Notes under the pieces: generated by a model
What the model saw: the letters and a program-made list of their open reading frames with translations, nothing else
What the model was told of the DNA's origin: nothing
The model's database searches: none
DNA from: the human T2T-CHM13v2.0 reference genome, Homo sapiens
DNA: 64,000 nucleotides
Direction: 5' to 3' (one strand)
Assembly: GCF_009914755.1 (NCBI RefSeq)
Contig: NC_060930.1
In this document: positions 36,967-59,230 of the stretch, piece after piece
How positions within the stretch are numbered: the first letter of the stretch is position 1
Layout of the letters: each line of letters begins with the position of its first letter
Translations under genes and position numbers: made by a program

Positions 36967-38279
36967 TTATGAGATAAACTTCTTGGGAAAAAAGCAAGCC
37001 ATTAAAGGCTGAATATTTCAGCATGCCTAACTTAATAAAATTTAGGACATTTTAACTTTTGCTACAGTTAAAATCCACTACACTTTTTGATCTGCTGCCA
37101 TATTAGTTTGATTCAAAATAATGAGAGCAGATTTATTAAAATATGAAGTTGCATTTCATATTTTCCTTGTATTTTTTAAGTGAGAAAATTTCCTGGTATC
37201 ATTTTAGCTATCATAAAATGCCTTTTAGGACTATGGAAATGAAAGATCTTGGACATAAATGATTTGGATAAAATAAGCACATGAAAATACTGCCTGAAAA
37301 TAGTTTTAAAAGAATCCTGAGGAATTAGAAAAACGAGCTATTGTGAAACACTGTTAGTTTAGCCTTTAGTAAAACAGCAGAAATAACAAGCAATTTTGGT
37401 CAGAACAAAGAGAAAGAGAAAATTGTAAGTTCCACAAACGCAGAAACAGATTTTGCTCCAATTGGAAAGCTTCAGAAAGCTAAACCCTTCATTTACACAA
37501 TCCAAGGCAGAGTGAGGGGCCTCTCTGTGTTGAGCTAAACTGAGCCTATAGTCACACATTCACACATTTGGCACTAGGACAGTTGTGAGGATAGGATCTG
37601 ACAAACTTTTCACTGCCAAACATAACTCAGATGCTAGATGAGCATGACTCTAAGTATCTTTACACAGAGAGTTTAGAAATAACATTTCCCTACTCACTGG
37701 AATAAATAACCCATCCTTGAACTTGGAACCATCTAAACCATTGTAGATGGTTTAAGTCATGCAAAACAAAGTGCTTTTTGCTTTCTAGATCTTAGCTTAA
37801 GAATGCAATATTTTATCTAAATGACTAGGCAACTAAGGTTCGCTCCAATTTGAGGATTTTAAGTCTAGCCATATGTCTATTTCCAGGAAGCTTATCAGTT
37901 TTGTGTCTGGGGCTCCAGATAATGGAATACAGCAAATTATAAGCTTCATGGTTCAGCAGAAAAAACAAGTTTGGGGTCCAGTAATGTATAAAATAGTAAC
38001 AGTAATGATAAAACAAAATGCATTCTTCTTTCAAACCATAGTTAGTAAATCCCATGAAAGTGTAATCCTAGATAAATGTAATCCCATGTAAATGACATAA
38101 TTCTTTCTCCAGGTAAAAAGAGCTAACATAAATTGACCACTAATTATATGTTAACACAGTTATAAATACCTTTACTGCATTATCTTTTTTAATCCCCACA
38201 AAATTCTATAATCTATTATTACTATTTCATTTTTGCATGTATAAGAAATGAAAGGACAGAGGGTTAAATAATTTGCCCA

Positions 38280-38560
<281 letters not shown>

Positions 38561-39098
38561 ATAATTTACCCTAAAAAAAATTAAAATAATAATAATAAAA
38601 TAATAATAATTTGCCCAAAGTCACACAGGTAGTAAGCATTGAAATCTGTGGCAAACTCAGAAGGCCTGACTCAAGAATTCACGACACAACCACAACAGAT
38701 TGTACACTACCGGGCAGTTTCCTGCTGCTCTGTGCATGGCCTGCTGGCCAACTCTGATGTGAGGTCAGTTGACTAAAAGAGATGTGGTTCAGGAAGCTGA
38801 GAATGATTGTGGTTACCTGTTCTAAGATAGAGAAATTGATTTTTAAAACTTCGAGTTGAAGTACGGGATGCCAAAAACCACGTATGAGTGACAGAGTGAG
38901 TGGGTCTCTTTCTGATGGATTAAGTCTTCAAAAAGACTTTCAGAATGAATCTCTATCTACCTTAATTTTGGGCAGTGTTAATTGTATTCATTTTTTCAAC
39001 ACATTTGATTGTGCATATACCATGGACAAGAAAGTTTGTTAAAAACTGAATGTATAAGGCTGGGTGCAGTGACTCACGCCTATAATCCCAGCACTTCA

Positions 39099-39482
<384 letters not shown>

Positions 39483-39616
39483 CTACCCAAAGGTGTTATG
39501 TTTTTATTGTCTTAAGGGGGCCCTTCATTTGATGGCATAAAAAGTTATGACCAGCCATCTGTAGTTCAGTTAATAGGTCAAGAATATCAGCAGCTATTGT
39601 TATGTTGAGGTCATTA

Positions 39617-40035
<419 letters not shown>

Positions 40036-40972
40036 AGCAAAAATAGTCCAAATGTCAGTTAACAGGGGGACCAAATTTATGGGTGAACATCCACAAGAAA
40101 CATAAGTGGCCTCTAGGGAAGCCAATCTTTGCACAGAATTTTTGTTTAATGAGGTGGAGGGTATACAAGATATAGGCCAAAGGATAATTTAGGTTCTTAT
40201 GACTGTGTCCTTGTTCTTTTCAAATCCTAGCTTCATCTCTGCTCCCACTGATGACACTATGAGACTTTGGAATTCTTCACTGTGTGTAAGACGATTTTAT
40301 TACTGAGATAGCTACCGCTTTGTAGTTATGACCTGAGTAAACAAGGTTAGTCAACCCACAGGATTTTCATGTGTCCACAGATTTTTACTAGATAATTTAT
40401 CTGTAATATCAGGAGGCAAAGTCTACCATGAATATACTGGCCAACATGTATCAGATGGAAAATTCTTGTGTAAGCAGATGATGTTTAACTTTTATCACAT
40501 TTTTCTCTTTTGTTAGATAATGCCATACTTCGGCAGACAAGCAATTGTTTTCTAGCTATAAATATGAGTATTTTGCTTTTCAAGAGAAAAAATCTAGAAA
40601 TTGTTTTCTTTACTTTAAAAAATTCATGTACTGAAGTCCTTCCTCTGCTTGTATTAATCCAATGATATCATTTTATATATTCTCTGAAATACTAAAATAT
40701 TTCTGTAGTCCATATGTTTTCAAATTATGAATCATTTTATTTCTACATTTGGTACATAAACTATTACTGCTCCTGAGTAAATATGGATATACCACTTTAT
40801 AGTGATTTTTTTTCTTCTTTTTCTCTTTTTCTATTTTTTTTTTTTTTTTTTTTTGAAAACAGGGTCTTACTCCTGGCCTCAAGTGATCCTCCTGCCTCAG
40901 CCTCCTGAGTAGCTGGAATTATAGGCATGAGCTACCAGTAGTGATTCCTAAGTCCCCAGAAATTTGAGCTAA

Positions 40973-41158
<186 letters not shown>

Positions 41159-41199
41159 TGAGCTGATTTTTTTAATGTGATGAACTATGAGAAAACATA

Positions 41200-41770
41200 T
41201 AGGAGCTAAATGATGAGAACTTAGAAACACAAAGACGGAAACAACAGACACTATGGTTTACTTGATGATAGAGGATGGGAGGGTGAAGAGGAGCAGAAAA
41301 GATAACTATTGGATAATGGACTTAATACCTGGGTGATGAAACAGTCTGCACAACAAACCCCTGTGACAAGAGCTTACCTATGCTGGCCCGGCATGGTGGC
41401 TCACGCCTGTAATCTCAGCACTTTGGGAGGCCAAGGCAGGCAGATCACTTGAGCTCAGGAGTTCTAGGCCAGTCTGGCCAACATGGTGAAACCGGATCTC
41501 TACTAAAAATACAAAAATTAGCCAGGCGTGGTGGCGGGTGCCTGTAATCCCAGCTACTCAGGAGGCTGAGACAGAAGAATGGCTTGAACCTGAAAGGCGG
41601 AGGTTGCAGTGAGCTGAGATTGCGTCACTGCACTCCAGACTGGGCGACAGGGCAAGACTCTCTCTCAAAAAAAAAAAAAAAAAAAGAAAGAGAGTTTACT
41701 TATGTACAAACCTTCAAATGTACCACCAAACCTAAAACAAAAGTTAAAAAAAGAAAGAAAAATAAATGTA
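41200..41770 (+). mobile_element. L1 (old L1PA/L1MA) 3' end interrupted by Alu 41385-41685
   Basis: aatacctgggtgatgaaa...acaacaaacccctgtgaca...aacctaaaacaaaagttaaaaaa. Confidence 0.85.
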
Positions 41771-42731
41771 GAAAAAAATATATATATATATGAACAACGC
41801 ATAATCCTGGAAATATAAGGAAAAATTAAATTTTCTCCTCTGGGAAAAATTTATACAGTAATGATTCTTGCTCTTTAATTTTTGTTTGAAAGAAATCTAG
41901 ACATTTAAAAAACCCCAGTGGTAGAATTGTCTTGTTAAAAAGGGACATCAAGTAAAAGGCCAGGGGAACATCAAAGAATTATGTTTCTTACCTGGCAAAA
42001 CCAGTGTCTAGCTAAAATAATGGCTTGCAAATCAATCTTGTTGTTTAACCACTTCATTATCTGGTTTTCTCTAAGCAAAGAACATTATCTGTGTTGCCAA
42101 TAATAGTACTGGGGAAAAACACACATTTTGAAAGTATGAAGAAACTCATTCTACCTTGAAATTCTCATTCAAGAGGAAATTATAGGCCACTGCAGGACCA
42201 GCGATTGAAAAACAAAGGTGTACAAAAACAAACAACTCAGGTTTCAAAGGCTAAAAACAAAGATAACAGGAAAGAACCTAAACTTGTGCAGCCTGTTTGC
42301 TTACTGTCTGAACAAATGCTGGGAATGCATGAGAAATTCTAAGCCCTGTGAACAAAAGTGTGAGCAGTAAGATGACGGGTGATCAATTTTCTTCCTTTCT
42401 CTATTTTTCATTTTTTCCCTATGATGAGCATATGCCACTTTTATGTTATAATGATAAAAAAGAAAGACTTAAAAAATGACTTTTGTTTTTCCAACTGTAT
42501 ACCAGTATCTATCTACACATAGCAACTGAGCACGCTAGTCCTGTCGTCTGGCACTCACACAAAAAGAGTGAATGTCAAAATCTAGGCAATTCTACCAGAT
42601 TTCACGTAATGAAACTACCTTGAATAATTCCTTAATTCTTCACAAAATCATGTTTTTATTTAACTTCTATTTCTATCAAGCAATGTGGACTAACTACCCC
42701 TAATATTTAACTCTATTTAAACTGTGTATCA

Positions 42732-43373
<642 letters not shown>

Positions 43374-43451
43374 TAGCCAGGATGGTCTCCATCTCCTGAC
43401 CTCATGATCCGCCCGTCTCGGCCTCCCAAGGTGCTGGGATTACAGGCGTGA

Positions 43452-43863
<412 letters not shown>

Positions 43864-44099
43864 TAAAGAATCCATTTACAGGCTCATAAGATTTGGTGTT
43901 GTGGATGGATGGCTATGGAGCTGCTCAAGCTTGTGTTTGCACTTATCAGAATTCAAGGCAGTTAGAAAGAGTTTCCAAGTGCTGATGTGCTGGAGAAGAA
44001 AGGGCATGCTGCAGTGTAGAAACCACGGGAGAAACAATTGCGTCACCTAGTTTCAAACTGTGAGAAAACTACTAGCGAACTAGAAGAATATTTAACTTC

Positions 44100-46380
<2,281 letters not shown>

Positions 46381-46675
46381 ACATAGATCCTACTTTATGA
46401 GTTGGTTAAGTTGGTGACTGGGAAGGATCTTCATGAGATGAGCTCTTGTAGGAGGGACACTCCATTCTTTGTAACACTACTGATGAAGGAAAAGTAATAA
46501 AAACGTTTTAAAAATGAGTATGTCTATTGCACCACTGCACTCCAGCCTGGGCGACAGAGCAAGACTCCATCTCAGGAAAAAAAAAAAAAAAAAGAGTAAG
46601 TCTGAAATATTTCTATTCCTATTTCTCTATGTGTTCTGCATTAGTTTTTCTTGTAACTTTTTTTTTTTTTTTTGA

Positions 46676-46876
<201 letters not shown>

Positions 46877-46990
46877 TAACTCCTGACCTCAGGTGATCCA
46901 CCCACCTTGGCCCCCCAAAGTGCTGGGATTGCAGGCATGAGCCACCACACCCAGCCCGTAACATAATTTATTTAGGCTTCAAAAATTGTC

Positions 46991-47213
46991 CAAGCAACAT
47001 TTTCTTTTTCTTTCTTTCTTTTCTTTCTTCCTTCCTTCCTTCCCTCCCTCCCTCCTTTTCTTTCTTTCTTTCTTTTTCTTTCTTTCTTTCTTTCTCTGTT
47101 TCTCTCTTTCTCTCTTTCAGTGAAAGCAAGTTTATTAAGAAAGTAAAGGAATAAAGAATAGCTGCTTCACAGATAGAGCAGTCCTGAGGGCTGCTGGTCA
47201 AGCACCATTTTCT
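46991..47213 (-). mobile_element. MER41 LTR 3' fragment with GAAA-rich tail and candidate 15-bp TSD
   Basis: 47119-47198 matches recalled MER41 R region incl. AATAAA; caagca(a/c)cattttct at 46991-47005 and 47199-47213. Confidence 0.75.
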
Positions 47214-48439
47214 AGACCTGTCCTGTACAGATTTCCCTCCCTTTCCATTTTCTTTACATAACATCAAGAATCATTTATGTTCCTTTGGTAATGTTTCATT
47301 CTACATTGCTTCTTCATAACACATGTGCTGTAGATCTTACTAGCAGTATTAGCCAGCAGATGGCTTGTTTATTGTGGTGGTATACTGCTGATGGACTGAA
47401 ATGATGGCATAAATAGGCTAATTCACTTTTATGTTTTTTCTTCTTTCTTCAAAAGATATAATAAAACAAGACAGAAAACAATTTTTTGACAGATGAAATT
47501 GATAATGTTTAGACCGTAAGTCTGGTCTTTGAAAAAAAAAAAAGCCATCAGAAAGTTTCTCACTTTCCTTCTCAAGTCCTCCTGTTTCTGCTAATAGGCA
47601 CAGCCTCTGACTCCCTTTTATGAAGAACAGATTATAGCACAGATTTAGCCCAAGCTGTTTCTGCTAGGAGAGCTGCTTCTTCCTAAGAAGCGTGCTATAG
47701 AACTGGGCAGTCCACTCTCCATTCTCCTAGCCTTGGTATTTTCTGGCTGCGAGCTTTGGATATGTCAGCTAACCTATTCAGCTTATTATTTCATTTCTAA
47801 TAGAGGCATAACAAGGAAAGGGCTGTCTCTCCTATTTCAAGGGATTGCGGCAAACACTACATTAGATTTCTGTGAATACTCCTTGTAAAAGCGTGAGGCA
47901 TAATACAAATATCAGATATCAGCGTGAGTTTTCTATTTCATTAGACCTATTTCATTAGAAAAGGTGAAAGCTCTATTATCACTCTCTTAATTGTTTTAGC
48001 TCCTTTTTGCTTCACCTTCCCTTTTATTTCTAGTGTCTACTTTGTGCAATTAGGCCTCACGGCTCATGTGTGTTTGTGAAAAAGAATTTTTAAATGTCTT
48101 CTATTTGCTATGAGAACATACCCTACTCTTTGTCTAAGCGTAATTTCTAATCATATAACCTGAAGCATATTCTCCGATCTCATAAAGTGGCATTCTTCTG
48201 ATTCTGATTAGATGTACAGCCCTAATATCATAGTGCAAGTATACATGCCCTCCCATAAGTATTCTGAAGTATGATTCACCCTAGGTTTTCAAATCTCTTC
48301 CTTGCCCTAGAAAACAAACTTGGACTCATGTGTTTGCCCACTTTATTCAACTCCTCTGTCTTCTACTCCAGCAAATAGACTCATTCCTCATTCCTCCCAA
48401 CACTTAAATATGCTTCACAATCCACAAAGCTGTACCTGA

Positions 48440-48440
<1 letters not shown>

Positions 48441-48484
<44 letters not shown>
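48441..48484. repeat. (AT)n microsatellite abutting the U13 retrocopy tail
   Basis: Direct read. Confidence 0.97.
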
Positions 48485-48517
<33 letters not shown>

Positions 48518-48620
48518 GACAGGCAGGTAATGTGCAGACATCATAACAAGGCTTGAAGGAGGCATATCTCACACAGGAACATGAAAACCCAATCATCACA
48601 CTTATAAACGACAAAGGGAT
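48485..48620 (-). pseudogene. U13 snoRNA (SNORD13) processed retrocopy with poly(A) tail
   Basis: Minus strand ATCCCTTTGTCGTTTATAAGTGTGATGATTGGGTTTTCAT...TGTGTGAGATATGCCTCCTTCAAGCCTTGTTATGATGTCTGCACATTACCTGCCTGTCA aligns end to end to recalled U13; ~29-nt A tail at 48485-48513. Confidence 0.9.
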
Positions 48621-48695
48621 CTAGTATATACGTTTTAGATACTGAAAAGAAGACATAACAAAAGGACTTTTAGGGTAAAATTGATTGCAAGGCTA

Positions 48696-49067
<372 letters not shown>

Positions 49068-49170
49068 TCACGCCTGTAATCCCAGCACTTTGGGAGGCCG
49101 AGGCGGGCGAATCACAAGGTCAGGAGATCGAGACCATCCTGGCTGACACGGTGAAACACCATCTCTACTA

Positions 49171-49611
<441 letters not shown>

Positions 49612-49667
49612 CTAGAGAAAGGATTCCAAGGCTGAAACTAGTACATATGGCATGTCTGTGCTCTAAT

Positions 49668-49876
49668 TAGGGTGGTTTTCTCAGGACCGTGCTGGGTATA
49701 GCACTGAAAGTCCCATATCCTGGGAAGCCTTGTAGTCCTGGGCAAACCGGGACAGTTGGTCCCCTTACACATGAAGCAGTTTCACTGGGCTGATGGCTGG
49801 GTTAGCACATGGGCGCTGGAGCTCACCCAGTGCTATGTGCAGTGCACAAACTGCACAGCCGTATGAAGAGGCCCTG
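49668..49876. mobile_element. hAT MITE relics (MER94/MER81-like, then MER91-like)
   Basis: tagggtg...agcactgaaagtccc...gggcaaaccgggacagttggtcccctta; gtgcagtgcacaaactgcaca...ggccctg. Confidence 0.6.
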
Positions 49877-50004
49877 GATTATTAGCAAATTTATCAGTGT
49901 AGACACTCAATACATAAAAAGTGTTTGAATCTCCACATAACAGAAATGATACTTTTAGTACATATTGCTTGGGAAAATACATATTAATTAAAAGCTACTT
50001 TTAA

Positions 50005-50398
<394 letters not shown>

Positions 50399-50489
50399 TA
50401 GTCCACTTAGAGGCTCTTCTTAGTGCAGATACATGTTTTTAATGATAAATAATATTTATTGAGCATTTTCTGTCAGGTATTTTTTCATT

Positions 50490-51155
50490 TTTAAAAAAAT
50501 TTCAATAGATTTTTGGGGAACAGATGGTGTATGGTTACATGGATAAGTTCTTTAGTGGTAATCTCCGAGATTTTGGTGCACCCAACACCCAAGCAGTGTA
50601 CACTGTACCCAGTGTGTAGTCTTTTATCTCTTGCCCCACTGTCACCCTTCCCCTTGAGTCCCCAGAGTCCATTGTATCCTCTTTATGCCTTTGCGTCCTC
50701 ATGGCTTAGCTCCCACTTATGAGTGAGAACATATGATATTTGGTTTTCCATTCCTGAGTTACTTCACTTAGAATAATGGTCTCCAATTCCATCCAGGTTG
50801 CTGCAAATGCTATTATTTTGTTCTTTTTTGGCTGGGTAGTATTCCATGTATGCGTGTATATATATATATACACATATATATATAGATATACACACACACA
50901 TACATATACACACATACACGCATGTATATATATGTATGTGTGTATGCATACGCATACATGTATGTGTATATATGCATATACATACATGTATGTGTGTGTA
51001 TATATATATATATATACACACACACGTGTTTTTTTCGTATATGATTTCTTTTCCTCTCGATAGATACACAGTAGTGGAATTGCTGGGTCAAATGGTAAAT
51101 CTACTTTTAGTTCTTTAAGGAATCTGCATACTGTTTTCCATAGTGGTTGTACTCA
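50490..51155 (-). mobile_element. L1PB/L1MA 3' end with internal (TATG/CA)n low-complexity repeat (50847-51030)
   Basis: ctcccacttatgagtgagaacat...ttcctgagttacttcacttagaataatggtctcc. Confidence 0.9.
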
Positions 51156-51240
51156 GATACAATTAATAGATTTCATATAACAAGTTCCACAGAGCAGCAG
51201 TGATCCATGTTTTTGACAGCTTTATACTACTGTGATATTA

Positions 51241-51396
<156 letters not shown>

Positions 51397-51779
51397 TCAG
51401 GCATGGCAGCGCATGCCTGTAATCCCAGCTACTCAGGAACCTGAGGCAGGAGAATCGCTTGAACCCGGGAGGCAGAGGCCGCAGTGAGCTGAGATCGTGC
51501 CACTGCACTCTAGCCTGGACGACAAAGCGAGACTCTGTCTCAAAAAAACAAACAAACAAACAATCAAATATATTCTCATGAAGTTAAATATAGATCTTAG
51601 TGTTAAAACTGCTTTTCCATTTATATATATTTTGTAATGTGATCATTTGATTACTGCAAATATTCTGTAGTTTCATCAACTACTTAGTGGATAAATTCCT
51701 TCCATTGCAACAATAATCAAAATACTCAAGAATGACACTAAGGTCATTGTTTAGTTTCACCGACATTTTCTCTTTATAA

Positions 51780-52121
<342 letters not shown>

Positions 52122-52184
52122 TTACCATCTGGTACAAGCTCCTTCTCTTGTGGACCAGTATCAAAGAATATGTGGAAATCAGAG

Positions 52185-53290
<1,106 letters not shown>

Positions 53291-53788
53291 CACAAAATCT
53301 AGAATAGATTGCCATCCTATTTTGTCAGTATATCAGAAAGGAACAGAAGACATTTGATACATAAATATGTAAGTGGTCTATATTTTATAAGTGGAATTTT
53401 TTTTTGTAATTGTAATACATTTTTCATTTATAGGAAACATGATTGTAGATGTAAGACTGAAGGAAAAAATGCCATTAAAATTTAAATCTCAAGAAAAAAG
53501 GACAGGCCTCTTGCCTCTTTGCCTCATTGAAATCCTGAAAGCAAGATGCATCAATAGCAGCTCTACAAGAGCCATTAGTGAAAATTTGGCCAGGGTTCTC
53601 GCTCTTGTTGCTTCTGCTCCAACCAGCATGGTTTGACCCAGATTATGTGCAGCCAATTTTTCCATCAGTATGCAAAGTAAGAGGTAGACTTCATTACGTT
53701 GGGCTAAGTGATCTTCCTTGAATAGATTACCAAAATCATCCACCCAGTGAAAGAAACCATGCTAGCTCTTTGCACGTAAAATAAATTA

Positions 53789-53977
<189 letters not shown>

Positions 53978-54022
53978 CTACAAGGAAAAAAAAAAAAAAA
54001 AAAAAAAATCCCTCCTACCTGA

Positions 54023-54367
<345 letters not shown>

Positions 54368-55469
54368 TAGCCAGGCTGGTCTTGATCTCCTGACCTCGTG
54401 ATCCACCCGCTTCAGCCTCCCAAAGTGCTGCGATTACAGGCGTGAGCCACCGCGCCCGGTGATTCCTGTTTTTAACTCACTCTTAAATTACAAAGAACAG
54501 GTCTACTCTCTCTTTTATGAAATAATATCTCAAATATTTGAAAGTAGCTATTATGTCTCACCTTAGCTTTCCATTTCCAAGTTAACCAGCCCTCTTCCCT
54601 TTCACTGCTCTCGAGGAGCTTATTTTAAGTCTTTTTACTGAGGTCACTCTGCCCCAGAAGACATCCTTTCCAGTAAGTGAACTAGTCCTCAGGGAGCTCC
54701 CAGGCCAGGGTTAGATAATAGTCACAAAACTAAGGAGTTGGTTTTGAGGGACAGCTTTCAGGAAGGACAGCCAGCATTATTTCCACATACAAGTAATTAA
54801 AATGTTCCCAAGCACCTATAAATCTAACATACCATGAGAGTAAAGAATGCTTTATGACTTAGCCACTTTTAATATTTTTTAATGCCAAAAAGTTTTAATT
54901 GATTTTCTACAGTAACTATATACCTATTTGGGAAAATTGCCATATGCGAGCTTTCTTTCTGCATTAAGCTCCAGTTACCTTGTTTCCTTGAGGCTTTCGT
55001 ATGAAGCAAATGCCATTCTTACAGATCTCATTTACTTGTGAATGATTATCACTATTTGTTCAATAAAATCTTCCCCACGTTGAAGCTGCTCCTGATGAAG
55101 TCAGGGTCTTCAAGAATTCTTGTTCTCTGTGTCATTATCATACAAGTATCACACCATTCTTTATGGTTCTCAAGAACCAAAGCATCCGCGGCAAATTACC
55201 CGGAGAGCTCATATAGTAAATTTTAAGCACAAGTTTATAGAAATCCTTGAACTATATATACTGCAACTGTTTACAGGCAATGCTCTATAACTCCTATAGC
55301 TTTAGGTACTTTGCAGAAGCGAGAAAATTTATTATCAGATAAAGTCTTGGCCGGGTATGGGGGGTCACGCCTATAATCCCAGCACTTTGGGAGGTTGAGG
55401 CAGGCAGATCTCCTGAGGTCAGGAGTTTGAGACCAGCCTGGCCAACATGGTGAAACCCTGTCTCTCCTA

Positions 55470-55809
<340 letters not shown>

Positions 55810-57733
55810 GCAGGAAGTTGGAAGCTAAAGAAGTGACCAGCGCCTGGAGTTTGGCTCCTGGCTGAATCCACATGGGCTCTTTGGTTCTTTCTTTCTTTCC
55901 CTGGAATAAGGATTCAAGGAGAATTTCTCCAATAGGATATATGCCATGGGAGTATGATTGAGGAGGGGCAAAAACGTGATATAATAAGAACAGCAAAATA
56001 ACAGTATGCAATTTTAAAATATTTTATTATAGAAAGCTTAAAGCATACACAACAGTAAACTGTATAATAAACCTCTATGTACCTATCAACCAACTTTAAC
56101 AATTATCAATATTTTGCTAATCTTATTTTTACCTATCTTGCCTTACTTTTTGGCTGGAATATTTTAAATCAAGTCTCAGACATCATAACAATTATCTGTA
56201 AGTTATTAAAAAATTTTTTTTTTTTTGTAGAGACGGGGTCTCACTTGTTTTCCCAGGCTGGTTTCAAACTCCCAGCTTCAAGCAATCCTCCCACCTCGGC
56301 CTCCTAAAGTGCTAAGATTAGGTGTTAGCCACCACTCAAGGTTTATAATTTCTTCAGAATGTGTTTCTGACAACTTTTTTTTGCCTAACCACCATGCCAT
56401 TATCACAACTAACAATTTCAACAATAATTATGTTTATTAAAATTAAGGCTCACGCCTGTAATCTCAGCAGTTTGGGAGGCCGAGGCAGGCGGATCAACTG
56501 AGGTCAGGCGTTCGAGACCAGCCTAGCCAGCATGGTGAAACCCCGTCTCTACTAAATATACAAAAATTAGCTGGGTGTGGTGGCGCATGCCTATAATCCC
56601 AGCTACTCAGGAGGCTGAGGCAGGAGAATCCCTTGAACCTGGGAGGCGGATGTTGCAGTGAGTCACCGTACTCTAGCCTGGGTGACAGAGGGATACGCTG
56701 TCTCAAAAAAAAAAAATTAATGAAAGTAATTAAAGTTATTTAATAAATGACAGCATGTACATTCTGAAAAACAGAATGAGTATGTGCAGTATTCTGCAGA
56801 CAGAATAATTTGAATAAAATTTGAATTTAAAAGATACCATTTCAAACTGTAAGCCCCCTAAAAATCAGTGGACCTTGGCTTCACTTGTTTAAATCCTCAT
56901 GGCTTCTAGAAGTTTTGGGTGGGGGGACATCTTTAAAAATTATTTTTCTAACAGAAGTCTTACTATTTTTCAACTTATTTTCTATGAGTCCTAGGAGGTA
57001 GAAAGAGATTTTTCTTGTCTGATAGACTTGAAAGTATTGGGTTAGGTAAGTGGAAGAAAGATCATATTTAGAAGGTAACCGTTGAATGTTTAATCACTAT
57101 TGTTTTGACATCTAGAAGTATTGTCATAGGTTACAATTTAAACATCAGAAGATGGGGGTGTATGAGAATATCACATTTAGGGAGATGTCAGTTGTCCAGA
57201 AGTTTTGCAGAGAATCTGGAAAATAAACATGAGAGTAAGTTTTCTTTCTTTCTTTCTTTCTTTTTTTTTTTTTTTGAGAGAGCTTTGTTGCCCAGGCTAG
57301 AGTACAGTGGCTGGCTGACTACAACCTCCGCCTCCTGGGTTCAAGCAATTCTCGTGCCTCAGCCTCCTGAGTAGCTGGGATTATAGGCGCCTGCCACCAT
57401 GCCTGGCTAATTTTTGTATGTTTAGTAGAGACAGGGTTTCACCATGTTGGCCAGGCTGGTCTCGAACACCTGACCTCAAGAGATCTGCTCACCTCAGCCT
57501 CCTAAAGTGCTGGGATTACAGGCATGAGCCACGGCGCCTGGCCGAGAGTAAGTTATTAATAGTTCTACTGATGTCAGAAATAAGATGTAGTCTGAATTCC
57601 ATGAATTGTTTCCAGTTAATGGAAAGTTGAATTGTGGTGGAATTGGTAGGGAAAAAAAGCAGTTATGGTCCTCTGTCTCCATTCTAGCTCATCCTTATTT
57701 AAAGAATATTACTCCAGGCAGTGAGCACATGCG

Positions 57734-58167
<434 letters not shown>

Positions 58168-58679
58168 TCAACAAAATAAATATATTCACGTATGCATAAA
58201 TTTTTTAAAACTTTTTTTCTTTTTATAAAAAAATCAGTTTTCTCAGGTTGAAATGTTAAAATCACCTCTGATGAAGATAGAGAACTAAAATATAAAATAT
58301 GGGTTTGTCTCTGATTCCTTTTTGGTTTATAATAATTTGCATATGGCTTTCCATGGATCACTTTAGCAGTTTGTGCTAAAGTCATTAGTTCTTCCTAAGA
58401 TACAAAAGAAATTCTCAAAATGCTTGTTTCCTATTAGCCAGGGAAGTTGTTTTTCTCATCTCTCAAGTTGCATGACCAAAAGTAGCAAAAATACTTTATC
58501 TCTAGGGAAGTGAAAGCTTGCTTCTCAAATTGCTTTAGTGAGGCTTTAGGAAATGGCCCCTGGCTGGTATCATAGGATACAATACCGTCTTGCAAATAGT
58601 AATTTTGAATTCAGTTCTTTGTATCTATGAGATAAAAGAGTCTTCTTCCATTGACTGTCTTAGATGGGCTTATCACATT

Positions 58680-59230
58680 CAACAGTATTTACTGAGCATT
58701 TGTTTTAAGAAACTACTACCCTAGTTGCTAACTCATTGCTCCCTAGACATTGTATTTGGATTGAGGAGCAGAACATAGACATCAACAAAACAGATCTGGA
58801 ACCCGATATCATGTACCTCTAAATGTGAAGTATGCGGTAGAGCTAATGTTTTGTCAGAGTTTAAAGAAGGAAGCAATAATATGGGCAAAGTTGTTGAGCA
58901 AGGCTTCAGGGAGGAAGTAGAACCTGAACAGGCTTTTAAAAACACTGGCACCATTTGGATTGGTGAGGAGGCGGTAGAAGGGTGTCCTCTCTGGGTGGGA
59001 CAGCACAAACAAAGGTGTGGGAACAAAACTCAACAAGGCACATTTGGGCAACACTTGGTTGAGCAATTCCATGGGAGTGCAAGACTCATGGGCGAAATCA
59101 TTGGAAGCCACATGGTGGAAGGCTTTAAATGTCAATGTGTTCTTCATGCCATGGAAATTCAGAAGGCTTGGCAGTTTGCAGGAAAGACCAGAATTGAAGA
59201 ATACAGGAGCTGAGGGGATCAGGGGACTGC
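58680..59230 (+). mobile_element. L2 relic
   Basis: cattcaacagtatttactgagc; ggcttcagggaggaagtagaacctgaacaggctttt. Confidence 0.6.
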
